Assembly: GCF_036759525.1 (NCBI RefSeq)
Contig: NZ_DAIOUN010000008.1
Span: 10,207 to 74,206 of the forward strand
Direction of reading: 5' to 3'
Origin: Flavobacterium sp.
Lineage (GTDB): Bacteria; Bacteroidota; Bacteroidia; Flavobacteriales; Flavobacteriaceae
Length of the DNA: 64,000 nucleotides
The notes beneath the pieces were generated by a model that worked only from the letters and a program-made list of their open reading frames with translations, did not search any database and was not told the DNA's origin. This document shows positions 56,063 to 64,000 of this stretch, piece after piece (position 1 is the first letter of the stretch; each line of letters opens with the position of its first letter). Both the position numbers and the translations under genes were made by a program.

Positions 56063-58030
56063 ATGCCAAGATTAGCCTATATTGTAGTCCTTTCTTTGTT
56101 CTTTAGTTTTCTGAGTTTTGCACAAACATCCAAAGAAGTGTTGTTTACTATCAACGGTAAGCCTTTTTATACGGATGAATTTGTTCGGGTTTACCAGAAG
56201 AATTTGGATTTAGTTAAAGACGAATCGCAAAAAGATTTGGATCACTATTTGCAACTTTTTGTAGGATATAAATTGAAAATTCAAAAGGCATATGAATTGG
56301 GTTTGCATGAAAATCCCAAATATCAAAACGAGCTTCGCTCTTACCGAACTCAATTAGCCAAAAATTATATAACCGATTCTAAGGTTACCCAAGACTTATT
56401 GGAAGAAGGCTACCAGCGTTCGTTGAAAGAAATCAGAGCTTCACATATTTTATTAAATTTAGACGAGAACAGTACACCTCAAGATACATTGCGTGTGTAC
56501 AACAGTTGTATTGAATTGCGAAATCGTATTTTGAAAGGGGAAGACTTTGCTGCTTTGGCTCAAAAATATTCCCAAGATCCCAGTGCCAAAGAAAATTCCG
56601 GCGATTTAGGATTTTTCTCTGCTTTCCGAATGGTTTATCCTTTTGAAAATGCGGCTTACAGCACTCCGTTGGGTTCGGTTTCTATGCCGGTTCGCACCCG
56701 ATTTGGCTATCATTTGGTTAAGGTAACCGATATTCGGGATAACCGAGGTGAAGTAACCGTAGCTCATATTATGTTGCTTAACACCCAAGAAGGCGGAGAA
56801 GATGAGGTTCAGAAAAATAAAAAGTTGATACAGGAAATTTCAACCAAAATCAAACAAGGAGAAGCATTTGAAGATTTGGCCAAGCAATTTTCACAAGATA
56901 AATCTACCGCATCAAAAGGTGGACTTTTGAATCGTTTCGGGTCGGGTCAATTGAGTTCTGAAATGTTTGAAACCGTTGCTTTTTCATTGGAAAAGCCTCA
57001 GCAAGTTTCAGAGCCGTTTCAAACGCAATTCGGTTGGCACATTGTAAAATTAATTTCGAAACATCCGCTTAAATCGTTTGACGAATCAAAATCTGAATTG
57101 GAAACCAAAATCAGTCGAGACGAGCGTTCCCGCAAGATTGCCGCTTCCTTACAAGAAAAATTACGAGCCAAATATCCGGTTAAAACCCAAGCTCCGTTAT
57201 TGGCAAAAATCAAAAAGACAATACCCGATACTTATTATGATGGGAGTTGGGAATTACCGGCTGTAAAAACAGAATTTGCCGGCCCTCTTTTTTCCTATGC
57301 TAATCAGTCGGTTTCGGCTCAAGAGTTTTTGGAATATTTGTACATTCAACAAAAAAATCCCACTAAAACCAAACCTATAGCTTCCTTGGTAGATTTTCAT
57401 TACCAAGCTTTTATCGACCAAAAACTGAATCAATATTACAACGATAATTTGGAGCAAGAGTTTCCGGAATTTGCGGCTGTAATGGACGAATACCGTGACG
57501 GACTGTTGTTGTTTGATTTGTTGGAAAAAGAAATTTGGGAAAAATCGAAAACCGATACCCTAGGATTGAAAAGTTTTCACGAGCAAAACCGTATGAAATA
57601 TGTTTGGAAGAAGCGATATGATATGGTCTTGTTGTCTTCTACTCAAGCCGATGTGGCTAAAAAAGCACATAAAATGCTCAAACAAGGTAAAACTCCGGAT
57701 GCTATAAAATTGGCTTTTAATACCGAGAATCAAGTGAAAATTATGGCTACAGCCGGAGAATATGAAGAAGGAAGTGATGTTTTGCCTAAGCAAATTCCTA
57801 ACAAAACGGGATTGCAGGAAGTTTTTCAAGAAGGAAATTACTATTATGTTTTGATGGTAAATGCGATTAAGCCTGCCGGGCCTAAATTGTTCGAAGAGTG
57901 TAAAGGAAGAGTTATCAATGATTATCAAAACCATTTGGAGTCACATTGGGTCTCCTCGCTTCAAAAAGAATTCAATGTATCTATAGACACGGCTGTTTTT
58001 CAAAAAGTGAAGTCTCAAATCAAACCCTAA
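56063..58030 (+). CDS. Periplasmic peptidyl-prolyl isomerase/chaperone with two parvulin (PpiC) domains (PpiD/SurA-like)
   Basis: It has a signal or anchor sequence. The two parvulin modules begin IRASHILL... (containing ...GDLGFF...FGYHLVKV) and VAHIMLL... (containing ...GGLLNRF...FGWHIVKL). Confidence 0.85.
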   Translation: MPRLAYIVVLSLFFSFLSFAQTSKEVLFTINGKPFYTDEFVRVYQKNLDLVKDESQKDLDHYLQLFVGYKLKIQKAYELGLHENPKYQNELRSYRTQLAKNYITDSKVTQDLLEEGYQRSLKEIRASHILLNLDENSTPQDTLRVYNSCIELRNRILKGEDFAALAQKYSQDPSAKENSGDLGFFSAFRMVYPFENAAYSTPLGSVSMPVRTRFGYHLVKVTDIRDNRGEVTVAHIMLLNTQEGGEDEVQKNKKLIQEISTKIKQGEAFEDLAKQFSQDKSTASKGGLLNRFGSGQLSSEMFETVAFSLEKPQQVSEPFQTQFGWHIVKLISKHPLKSFDESKSELETKISRDERSRKIAASLQEKLRAKYPVKTQAPLLAKIKKTIPDTYYDGSWELPAVKTEFAGPLFSYANQSVSAQEFLEYLYIQQKNPTKTKPIASLVDFHYQAFIDQKLNQYYNDNLEQEFPEFAAVMDEYRDGLLLFDLLEKEIWEKSKTDTLGLKSFHEQNRMKYVWKKRYDMVLLSSTQADVAKKAHKMLKQGKTPDAIKLAFNTENQVKIMATAGEYEEGSDVLPKQIPNKTGLQEVFQEGNYYYVLMVNAIKPAGPKLFEECKGRVINDYQNHLESHWVSSLQKEFNVSIDTAVFQKVKSQIKP

Positions 58031-58881
58031 TGTTTCAAAAACTCACATCGGTTTTGTTCCTATTAGTCTTGAGTTCGTGTTCTTATTTTAAAGAAGAGGC
58101 GAAACCCGAGGCCATAGCCCGTGTAGGGGATAGTTATTTGTACCGAAGTGAAATTGTCGAATTGATTCCGGAGGGAACTTCTAAAGAAGATAGTGTAGCC
58201 ATTGTACAAAGTTACATCGATAGATGGGCAACTCAAAAGTTGTTAATCAAAGCGGCCGAATTGAATATTCGAAAAGAGAGACAAATAGAGATAGATAATT
58301 TGGTTTTGCAATACAAAACCGATTTGTACACCAAAGCCTATTTGGAAGAAATAGTTTCCAATCAGTTGGATACCTTGGTTTCTGAAACGGAGATGCGCAA
58401 TTATTATAGCGATAATAAAGAAAATTTCAGAACAAATGGTGTTTTACTTCGTTTGCGTTACCTACATTTGCCAAAAGATCACCCTAAATTTGAAACTATA
58501 AAATCCAAATTTTTTGATAGGAAAAAAGGAGATGCCAAATTTTGGGAAACCTATCAGCTTCAGTTTAAAAGCTCGGCGTTGAATGATAGTGTTTGGGTAG
58601 AGATGAATCAAGTGTATCGCAAGTTACCCTTTATCAACCCTGAAAATAGAGAAAATTATATAGTTTCCGGAAAAAGTATACAATATCCGGATTCTTTGTA
58701 TGTTTATTTGGTTAAAGTGAGTGCGGTTTTAGATAAAAATGAAATCAGTCCGTATGATTATGTAAAACCCACCTTAAAAGAGTTGTTACTCAACAAAAGA
58801 AAGTTAGATTTAATTAAAAAATTCGAGAAGGATATTACTGATGATGCCATTAAAAACAATAAATATGAAGTTTACCGCTAA
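58030..58881 (+). CDS. Lipoprotein, SurA-N-like chaperone domain protein (no parvulin domain)
   Basis: The internal start MFQKLTSVLFLLVLSSCSYF (lipobox) overlaps the upstream stop as TAATG. The upstream part of the track's longer ORF (57946) lies inside the previous gene. Confidence 0.65.
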   Translation: MFQKLTSVLFLLVLSSCSYFKEEAKPEAIARVGDSYLYRSEIVELIPEGTSKEDSVAIVQSYIDRWATQKLLIKAAELNIRKERQIEIDNLVLQYKTDLYTKAYLEEIVSNQLDTLVSETEMRNYYSDNKENFRTNGVLLRLRYLHLPKDHPKFETIKSKFFDRKKGDAKFWETYQLQFKSSALNDSVWVEMNQVYRKLPFINPENRENYIVSGKSIQYPDSLYVYLVKVSAVLDKNEISPYDYVKPTLKELLLNKRKLDLIKKFEKDITDDAIKNNKYEVYR

Positions 58882-60277
58882 AAAAAGTCTTGTTTTTGTA
58901 TTTCTATGCTTGATTTCGCTCCCAATGAGTGCTCAAGAAATTATTCAAGACGCTGTTGCCCCAAAAAAGGATACCACCTTAAAAACAAACCGTAGAAAAA
59001 TTGATGGGGTTATAGCTACCGTGGGGAGTTATATCATTTTGGATTCTGATATAGACATGGAATATGTAGAGCTTTCTCAAGGCGGAAATTCTATTGGAAA
59101 CATCACGCGTTGTCAGTTACTCGAAAAATTAATGGAAGAGCGATTATTTGCCCATCAAGCTCAATTGGATAGTACTATTGTGGTGAAAGATGCCGAAATT
59201 AACGCCATGATGGAGGAACGAATTTCTGTTATTTTGGAGCAAATAGGTTCGTTGGATAAAATGTTGAAGTTTTACAACAAAAAGAATGAGGAAGATTTCC
59301 GTTCGTTCTTTTTTGATGTGTTGAAACAAAACAAGTTGTCCATTGAAATGCGAAATAAGATTGTAGAGAAAGTTGAAATTACACCGGAGGAGGTGCGTAC
59401 TTTCTTTAAAAACATACCTAAAAATGAATTGCCAACCTTTGGTGCCGAGATGGAAGTTTCTCAAATTGTTGTAGAGCCCAAAGTATCAAAAGAAGATAAG
59501 CAAGCGGTTATTGATCGTTTGAATGACATTCGTAGGGATGTTATAGAAAACGGAGCCAGTTTTAAAACCAAAGCGGTTATTTATACGCAAGACAGAGCCT
59601 CGGCCTCTTCCGGAGGGTATTACAAAATAAACCGAAAAACGCCTTTTGTAAAAGAGTTCAAAGATGTTGCGTTCAGTTTGGCCGAGGGAGAAATTTCGAA
59701 ACCTTTTGAAACCGAGTTTGGTTTTCATATTATTATGGTAGAGCGTATTCGAGGACAAGAAGTGGAGTTGCGACACATACTGTTGACACCCAAAGTATCG
59801 GATGCGGCTTTACGTGAGGCAAAAGAACGTGCTGAATTGATTCGATCTAAGATAAACAATGGCGAAATTACTTTTGCCGAAGCTGCCCGAAGTATGTCTG
59901 ATGAAAAAGAAACCCGTGCCAATGGAGGCGTATTATTGAATCCTAAAACGTTAGATTCTCGTTTTGAATTGACCAAAATGGATCCGGCCTTATACAGTCA
60001 GGTTTCCAATTTGAAGGATAAAGAGGTATCGCTGGCCCTATTGGATGAAGATCAAAAAGGTACCAAGCGATACAAACTTTTGATGGTAACCAATCGTATC
60101 GATTCGCATACAGCAGATTATGCTCAAGATTATACAAAGATTAAAGATTTGGCCTTAAAAGAAAAGCAGTTTAAAGAATTGGCTAAGTGGACCAATGAAA
60201 AGATATTGGAAACCTACATTCGCATCAACGGTCAATACCGCGAATGTAGTTATGACAACAATTGGTTAAAAAAATAA
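58865..60277 (+). CDS. SurA-like periplasmic chaperone / peptidyl-prolyl isomerase with two parvulin domains
   Basis: Signal peptide MKFTAKKSLVFVFLCLISLPMSAQE. The parvulin modules contain ...SGGYYKINR...FGFHIIMVE and ...LRHILL...NGGVLLNP... The start overlaps the previous gene by 17 nt. Confidence 0.85.
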   Translation: MKFTAKKSLVFVFLCLISLPMSAQEIIQDAVAPKKDTTLKTNRRKIDGVIATVGSYIILDSDIDMEYVELSQGGNSIGNITRCQLLEKLMEERLFAHQAQLDSTIVVKDAEINAMMEERISVILEQIGSLDKMLKFYNKKNEEDFRSFFFDVLKQNKLSIEMRNKIVEKVEITPEEVRTFFKNIPKNELPTFGAEMEVSQIVVEPKVSKEDKQAVIDRLNDIRRDVIENGASFKTKAVIYTQDRASASSGGYYKINRKTPFVKEFKDVAFSLAEGEISKPFETEFGFHIIMVERIRGQEVELRHILLTPKVSDAALREAKERAELIRSKINNGEITFAEAARSMSDEKETRANGGVLLNPKTLDSRFELTKMDPALYSQVSNLKDKEVSLALLDEDQKGTKRYKLLMVTNRIDSHTADYAQDYTKIKDLALKEKQFKELAKWTNEKILETYIRINGQYRECSYDNNWLKK

Positions 60278-60308
60278 ATTCATATACCTTTCCTAATACC
60301 GTACACGT

Positions 60309-61262
60309 ATGTCTGATGTAGCAGCCATTGAACAATTGGTTCAAAAAAGAGTCGAATTAAAAAAAGAAATTTCCAAAATAATTGTTGGTCAGGAAGTTGT
60401 TGTAGACCAAATTATTTTAAGTATTTTTTCGGGGGGTCATGCTTTATTGGTAGGCGTTCCCGGACTGGCCAAAACGTTGATGGTAAATACAATTTCTCAA
60501 GCTTTGGGCTTGGACTTCAAACGCATCCAGTTTACACCCGATTTGATGCCTTCGGATATTTTAGGAAGCGAAATTTTGGATGAAAACCGCCAGTTTAAAT
60601 TTATCAAAGGACCCCTATTTGCCAATATCATTTTGGCCGATGAGATCAATAGAACACCACCCAAAACTCAGGCCGCTTTACTAGAGGCCATGCAGGAGCG
60701 AGCGGTTACCATTGCCGGTCACAACTACAAATTAAGTTTGCCTTATTTTGTTTTGGCTACCCAAAACCCTATAGAACAAGAAGGAACCTATCCGTTACCG
60801 GAGGCCCAGCTCGATCGTTTTATGTTTTCGATAAAATTGGATTATCCCACATTTGACGAAGAAGTTCAAGTAGTTAAAAGTACAACCAACGATTCAAAAA
60901 CTACTATTAACTCTATGTTTACAGCCGAAGAGATTATAGATATTCAGCATTTAATTCGCCGTATTCCGGTAGCCGATAATGTGATAGAATATGCCGTGAC
61001 CTTAGTAGGCAAAACGCGTCCCGACAGTCCGTTGGCTACCGATTACATTCGCAATTACATCGATTGGGGAGCAGGTCCTCGAGCTTCGCAAAATTTAATT
61101 TTAGCAGCCAAAGCTCATGCCGCATTTAAAGGGAAATTCTCACCCGATATAGAAGATGTGAAAGCTGTAGCCGAAGGCATTTTACGTCATCGGGTAGTAA
61201 AAAATTACAAAGCCGATGCGGAAGGGGTAAGCATTGAAAAAATCATTAGTACTTTATTGTAA
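60309..61262 (+). CDS. MoxR-family AAA+ ATPase
   Basis: Walker A is GVPGLAKT and Walker B is ILADEINR. The length of ~317 aa is typical of the AAA_3/MoxR family. Confidence 0.92.
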   Translation: MSDVAAIEQLVQKRVELKKEISKIIVGQEVVVDQIILSIFSGGHALLVGVPGLAKTLMVNTISQALGLDFKRIQFTPDLMPSDILGSEILDENRQFKFIKGPLFANIILADEINRTPPKTQAALLEAMQERAVTIAGHNYKLSLPYFVLATQNPIEQEGTYPLPEAQLDRFMFSIKLDYPTFDEEVQVVKSTTNDSKTTINSMFTAEEIIDIQHLIRRIPVADNVIEYAVTLVGKTRPDSPLATDYIRNYIDWGAGPRASQNLILAAKAHAAFKGKFSPDIEDVKAVAEGILRHRVVKNYKADAEGVSIEKIISTLL

Positions 61263-61285
61263 TCAAAAAATCAAAATACCAGAGA

Positions 61286-61311
61286 AACGTTCCATTTTGG
61301 AGCGTTTTTTT
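61286..61311 (+). terminator. Intrinsic terminator after moxR
   Basis: ACGTTCCA / TGGAGCGT forms an 8-bp stem (one G:U pair) with a TTT loop, followed by T7. Confidence 0.65.
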
Positions 61312-61575
61312 ATAGGTTTTCGGGTTTGAGTTTACCCAATCGGAATAATTTGGATTGAGTCAAAACAAGGGCTTTTTGCTAAATTGGCAATTTAGACGCT
61401 TAATTTTGGCAATTTTACATTTTTGGGCTAAAAAAATGGTTTTTGTTGAAAAAAATTTTCATAAAATGGGAATTGTCTAAAAAATGCACTTCAATTGATA
61501 TAGTTTACTAATAATTTTCTAATGTTACATCGATTTCGTAATTTTGCCACACAAACAAAATAAACCTAAATATTT

Positions 61576-63840
61576 ATGGCTTTTGATATTGAAATGATTG
61601 AAAAAGTGTATGCTACCTTAGCCGAGCGTGTAGATCAGGCTCGCACTATAGTTGGGCGTCCACTTACGTTATCCGAAAAAATATTGTATTCTCACTTGTG
61701 GGAAGGTATGCCTTCGCAAGCTTACCAAAGAGGTGTTGATTATGTTGATTTTGCTCCCGATCGCGTGGCGTGTCAGGATGCGACAGCTCAAATGGCTTTG
61801 TTGCAATTCATGCATGCCGGAAAGAGTAAGGTTGCCGTTCCTACTACAGTACATTGTGACCATTTGATTCAGGCTAAAGTCGGAGCAAAAACCGATTTGC
61901 AAGTAGCCAATACCCAATCTAAAGAGGTGTTTGACTTTTTGTCATCGGTATCCAATAAGTACGGTATAGGTTTTTGGAAACCGGGCTCGGGAATTATTCA
62001 TCAAATTGTTTTGGAGAATTATGCTTTTCCGGGTGGGATGATGATAGGGACCGATTCTCACACGGTTAATGCCGGGGGATTAGGTATGTTGGCTATTGGA
62101 GTTGGTGGTGCCGATGCGGTAGATGTAATGTCCGGTATGGCTTGGGAATTGAAATTTCCAAAATTAATCGGTGTAAAGTTGACCGGAAAATTAAGTGGCT
62201 GGACTGCTCCCAAAGATGTAATTTTGAAAGTAGCCGATATACTTACAGTAAAAGGAGGAACGGGAGCTATAGTTGAATATTTTGGTGAAGGAGCCGAGGC
62301 GATGTCTTGTACCGGTAAAGGAACCATTTGTAATATGGGTGCCGAAATTGGTGCAACAACTTCTACTTTTGGGTATGATGATTCGATGCGTCGTTATTTG
62401 GCAGCAACCGGAAGACAAGATGTAGTTCAAGCAGCCGATAAAGTAGCTTCTTATTTAACCGCAGATGCGGAAGTATATGCCAACCCGGAAGCTTATTTTG
62501 ACCAATTGATTGAAATTAATTTATCAGAATTAGAGCCTCATATCAACGGACCGTTTACTCCGGACCGTGGAACTCCGGTTTCTAAAATGAAAGAAGAGGC
62601 TGCGGCCAACGGATGGCCTTTGAAAGTAGAGTGGGGGTTAATTGGTTCTTGTACCAACTCTTCTTATGAAGATATGTCTCGAGCCGCGTCTATTGTAAGA
62701 CAAGCCGTTGCTCATGGAATAACTCCTAAGGCTGAATTTGGTATCAATCCGGGTTCTGAGCAAATCCGTTATACTATTGAAAGAGATGGTATCATTGCCG
62801 ATTTTGAAAAAATGGGAACTAAAGTATTTACCAATGCTTGCGGACCTTGTATCGGACAATGGGATCGTGAAGGAGCAGATAAGCAAGAAAAAAATACCAT
62901 TGTACATTCGTTCAACCGAAATTTCTCTAAGCGTGCCGATGGGAACCCTAATACACATGCCTTCGTAACTTCGCCTGAAATGGTAGCTGCATTGGCTATA
63001 TCGGGACGTTTGGATTTCAATCCCATTACCGATACTTTATTGAATGACCAAGGTGAAGCAGTTCAATTGGTTGCTCCAACCGGAGATGAATTACCCCAAA
63101 GAGGTTTTGATGTAGAAGATGCCGGATACCAAGCTCCAGCCGAAGATGGTTCTACTGTACAAGTAGTGGTGTCGCCTACTTCGGAGCGTTTGCAATTGCT
63201 GGATCCTTTCCAGCCTTGGGATGGAGCCAATATTACCGGAGCTAAATTGTTAATCAAAGCCTTTGGAAAATGTACCACCGATCATATTTCTATGGCCGGA
63301 CCGTGGTTGCGTTTCCGAGGTCATTTGGATAACATTTCCAATAATATGTTGATTGGTGCTGAAAATGCATTCAATGGCAAAGCCAATTCGGTTAAAAATC
63401 AATTGACGGGTGCTTATGAAGAAGTTCCCAAAGTTCAGAGAGCCTATAAAGTGGCCGGAATACCTTCTATAGTAGTGGGAGACCATAACTACGGTGAAGG
63501 ATCTTCACGTGAGCATGCGGCAATGGAGCCCCGTTTCTTGGGAGTTAAAGCGGTTTTGGTGAAATCGTTTGCCCGTATACATGAAACCAATTTGAAGAAA
63601 CAAGGTATGTTGGCTTTAACTTTTGCCCAAGAGGCAGATTACGATAAAATCCAAGAGGACGATACCATTAACTTCTTAGATTTAACCGAATTTGCACCGG
63701 GTAAACCTCTAACTTTAGAGTTTGTTCATGCTGACGGTTCTAAGGATATTATCATGGCGAACCATTCTTACAACGAGAGTCAAATAGGTTGGTTTGTTGC
63801 CGGTTCTGCTTTGAATTTGATAGCTGCCGGAAAAGCCTAA
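61576..63840 (+). CDS. acnA: Aconitate hydratase, about 750-aa mitochondrial-type
   Basis: The Fe-S cluster ligand contexts are ...DSHT..., GSCTNSS and ACGPCIGQW. The swivel-domain motif [12 protein letters not shown] is present. Confidence 0.95.
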   Translation: MAFDIEMIEKVYATLAERVDQARTIVGRPLTLSEKILYSHLWEGMPSQAYQRGVDYVDFAPDRVACQDATAQMALLQFMHAGKSKVAVPTTVHCDHLIQAKVGAKTDLQVANTQSKEVFDFLSSVSNKYGIGFWKPGSGIIHQIVLENYAFPGGMMIGTDSHTVNAGGLGMLAIGVGGADAVDVMSGMAWELKFPKLIGVKLTGKLSGWTAPKDVILKVADILTVKGGTGAIVEYFGEGAEAMSCTGKGTICNMGAEIGATTSTFGYDDSMRRYLAATGRQDVVQAADKVASYLTADAEVYANPEAYFDQLIEINLSELEPHINGPFTPDRGTPVSKMKEEAAANGWPLKVEWGLIGSCTNSSYEDMSRAASIVRQAVAHGITPKAEFGINPGSEQIRYTIERDGIIADFEKMGTKVFTNACGPCIGQWDREGADKQEKNTIVHSFNRNFSKRADGNPNTHAFVTSPEMVAALAISGRLDFNPITDTLLNDQGEAVQLVAPTGDELPQRGFDVEDAGYQAPAEDGSTVQVVVSPTSERLQLLDPFQPWDGANITGAKLLIKAFGKCTTDHISMAGPWLRFRGHLDNISNNMLIGAENAFNGKANSVKNQLTGAYEEVPKVQRAYKVAGIPSIVVGDHNYGEGSSREHAAMEPRFLGVKAVLVKSFARIHETNLKKQGMLALTFAQEADYDKIQEDDTINFLDLTEFAPGKPLTLEFVHADGSKDIIMANHSYNESQIGWFVAGSALNLIAAGKA

Positions 63841-63862
63841 TTTATTTTTACATCTTAGTTAT

Positions 63863-63896
63863 AAAAAAAGCTCCTTAGTTTTCTAAGGAGCTTTTT
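63863..63896. terminator. Bidirectional intrinsic terminator between acnA (+) and lepB (-)
   Basis: AAAAAGCTCCTTAG / CTAAGGAGCTTTTT forms a 14-bp stem including the flanking A/T runs. Confidence 0.75.
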
Positions 63897-63898
63897 GA

Positions 63899-64000
63899 TT
63901 AAAAAAGGAGTACCCCTTTTATATCTTCTGTTTTAATGGGGCCAATATGTCTTGAATCTTCTGAATTTGATCGGTTGTCACCCAGGACAAATACCGTTCC
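63899..64000 (-). CDS. lepB: Signal peptidase I, C-terminal 33 codons only (the rest is beyond the right window edge)
   Basis: My hand translation of the minus strand is GTVFVLGDNRSNSEDSRHIGPIKTEDIKGVLLF*. GDNRxxSxDSR is the conserved box E of S26 signal peptidases. Confidence 0.7.
   Translation of the reverse strand, partial: GTVFVLGDNRSNSEDSRHIGPIKTEDIKGVLLF

Noticed and set aside
61434-61495. Mini-ORFs in the acnA leader (ATGGTTTTTGTTGAAAAAAATTTTCATAAAATGGGAATTGTCTAA, 14 codons; ATGCACTTCAATTGA, 4 codons) as possible regulatory uORFs
   Set aside because: Such short ORFs are expected by chance in AT-rich spacers. They have no SD or Kozak-like context and no obvious coupling to a terminator or anti-terminator structure.
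1-64000. A search for CRISPR arrays, IS elements or transposases, restriction-modification genes, toxin-antitoxin pairs, retron/DGR-type reverse transcriptases and other defence-island signatures
   Set aside because: - I found no regularly spaced direct repeats, terminal inverted repeats, transposase or RT-like ORFs, or small paired ORFs of TA type.
- All sizeable ORFs are accounted for by the features listed.
- I cannot exclude small ncRNAs without covariance-model searches.

Overview
This is an AT-rich chromosomal segment that reads as a Flavobacteriia (Bacteroidota) genome. The signs are T9SS C-terminal sorting domains, a SusC/SusD pair, TAnnTTTG '-7' promoter boxes just upstream of many genes, and A/T-rich translation-initiation regions almost devoid of Shine-Dalgarno sequences. 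I can support about 55 protein genes (two of them cut by the window edges), 4 tRNAs, and a set of intrinsic terminators and promoter boxes.

Layout:
- 0-3.6 kb: surface and T9SS cargo proteins.
- 3.7-12.5 kb: housekeeping genes (ACC-deaminase-like, glucosaminidase-LysM, hemL, lysS, lipB, rnhB) plus three uncharacterised secreted proteins.
- 12.6-22.2 kb: a T9SS S8 protease, an enzyme-less SusC/SusD/lipoprotein cluster and a putative porin.
- 22.3-30.6 kb: miscellaneous genes (cystathionine-beta-synthase-like, GLPGLI/PNGase-F-like, DUF2851, PspC, AGCS symporter, ComEA-like, acyl-CoA dehydrogenase).
- 30.7-45.8 kb: the deeply conserved block rpsU-xerC-hpf / tRNA-Thr-Tyr-Thr-tuf-tRNA-Trp-secE-nusG-rplKAJL-rpoBC-DUF3467.
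- 45.9-54.2 kb: a compact glycan module, with PglC/D/E/F-like genes for a 2,4-diamino-2,4,6-trideoxyhexose, Wza, a Wzc BY-kinase and a convergent CpsB phosphatase.
- 54.3-64 kb: prfC, three SurA/PpiD-type chaperone genes, moxR, a mitochondrial-type aconitase and the 3' end of lepB.

I saw no transposase, phage gene, CRISPR array, restriction or defence-type gene, or toxin-antitoxin pair. I cannot honestly point to a convincing new multi-gene system. The most interesting items are regulatory or architectural:
- the lone strong SD on rpsU;
- a perfect (YG)10 microsatellite tail on Wzc, with kinase and phosphatase genes sharing overlapping stop codons;
- a minimal glycan cassette and a DUF3467 gene docked onto the RNA polymerase operon;
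- a protease plus CAZyme-less SusCD cluster;
- a GLPGLI-PNGase-F-like fusion.

All coordinates and folds were derived by eye from the sequence. No database search was run.
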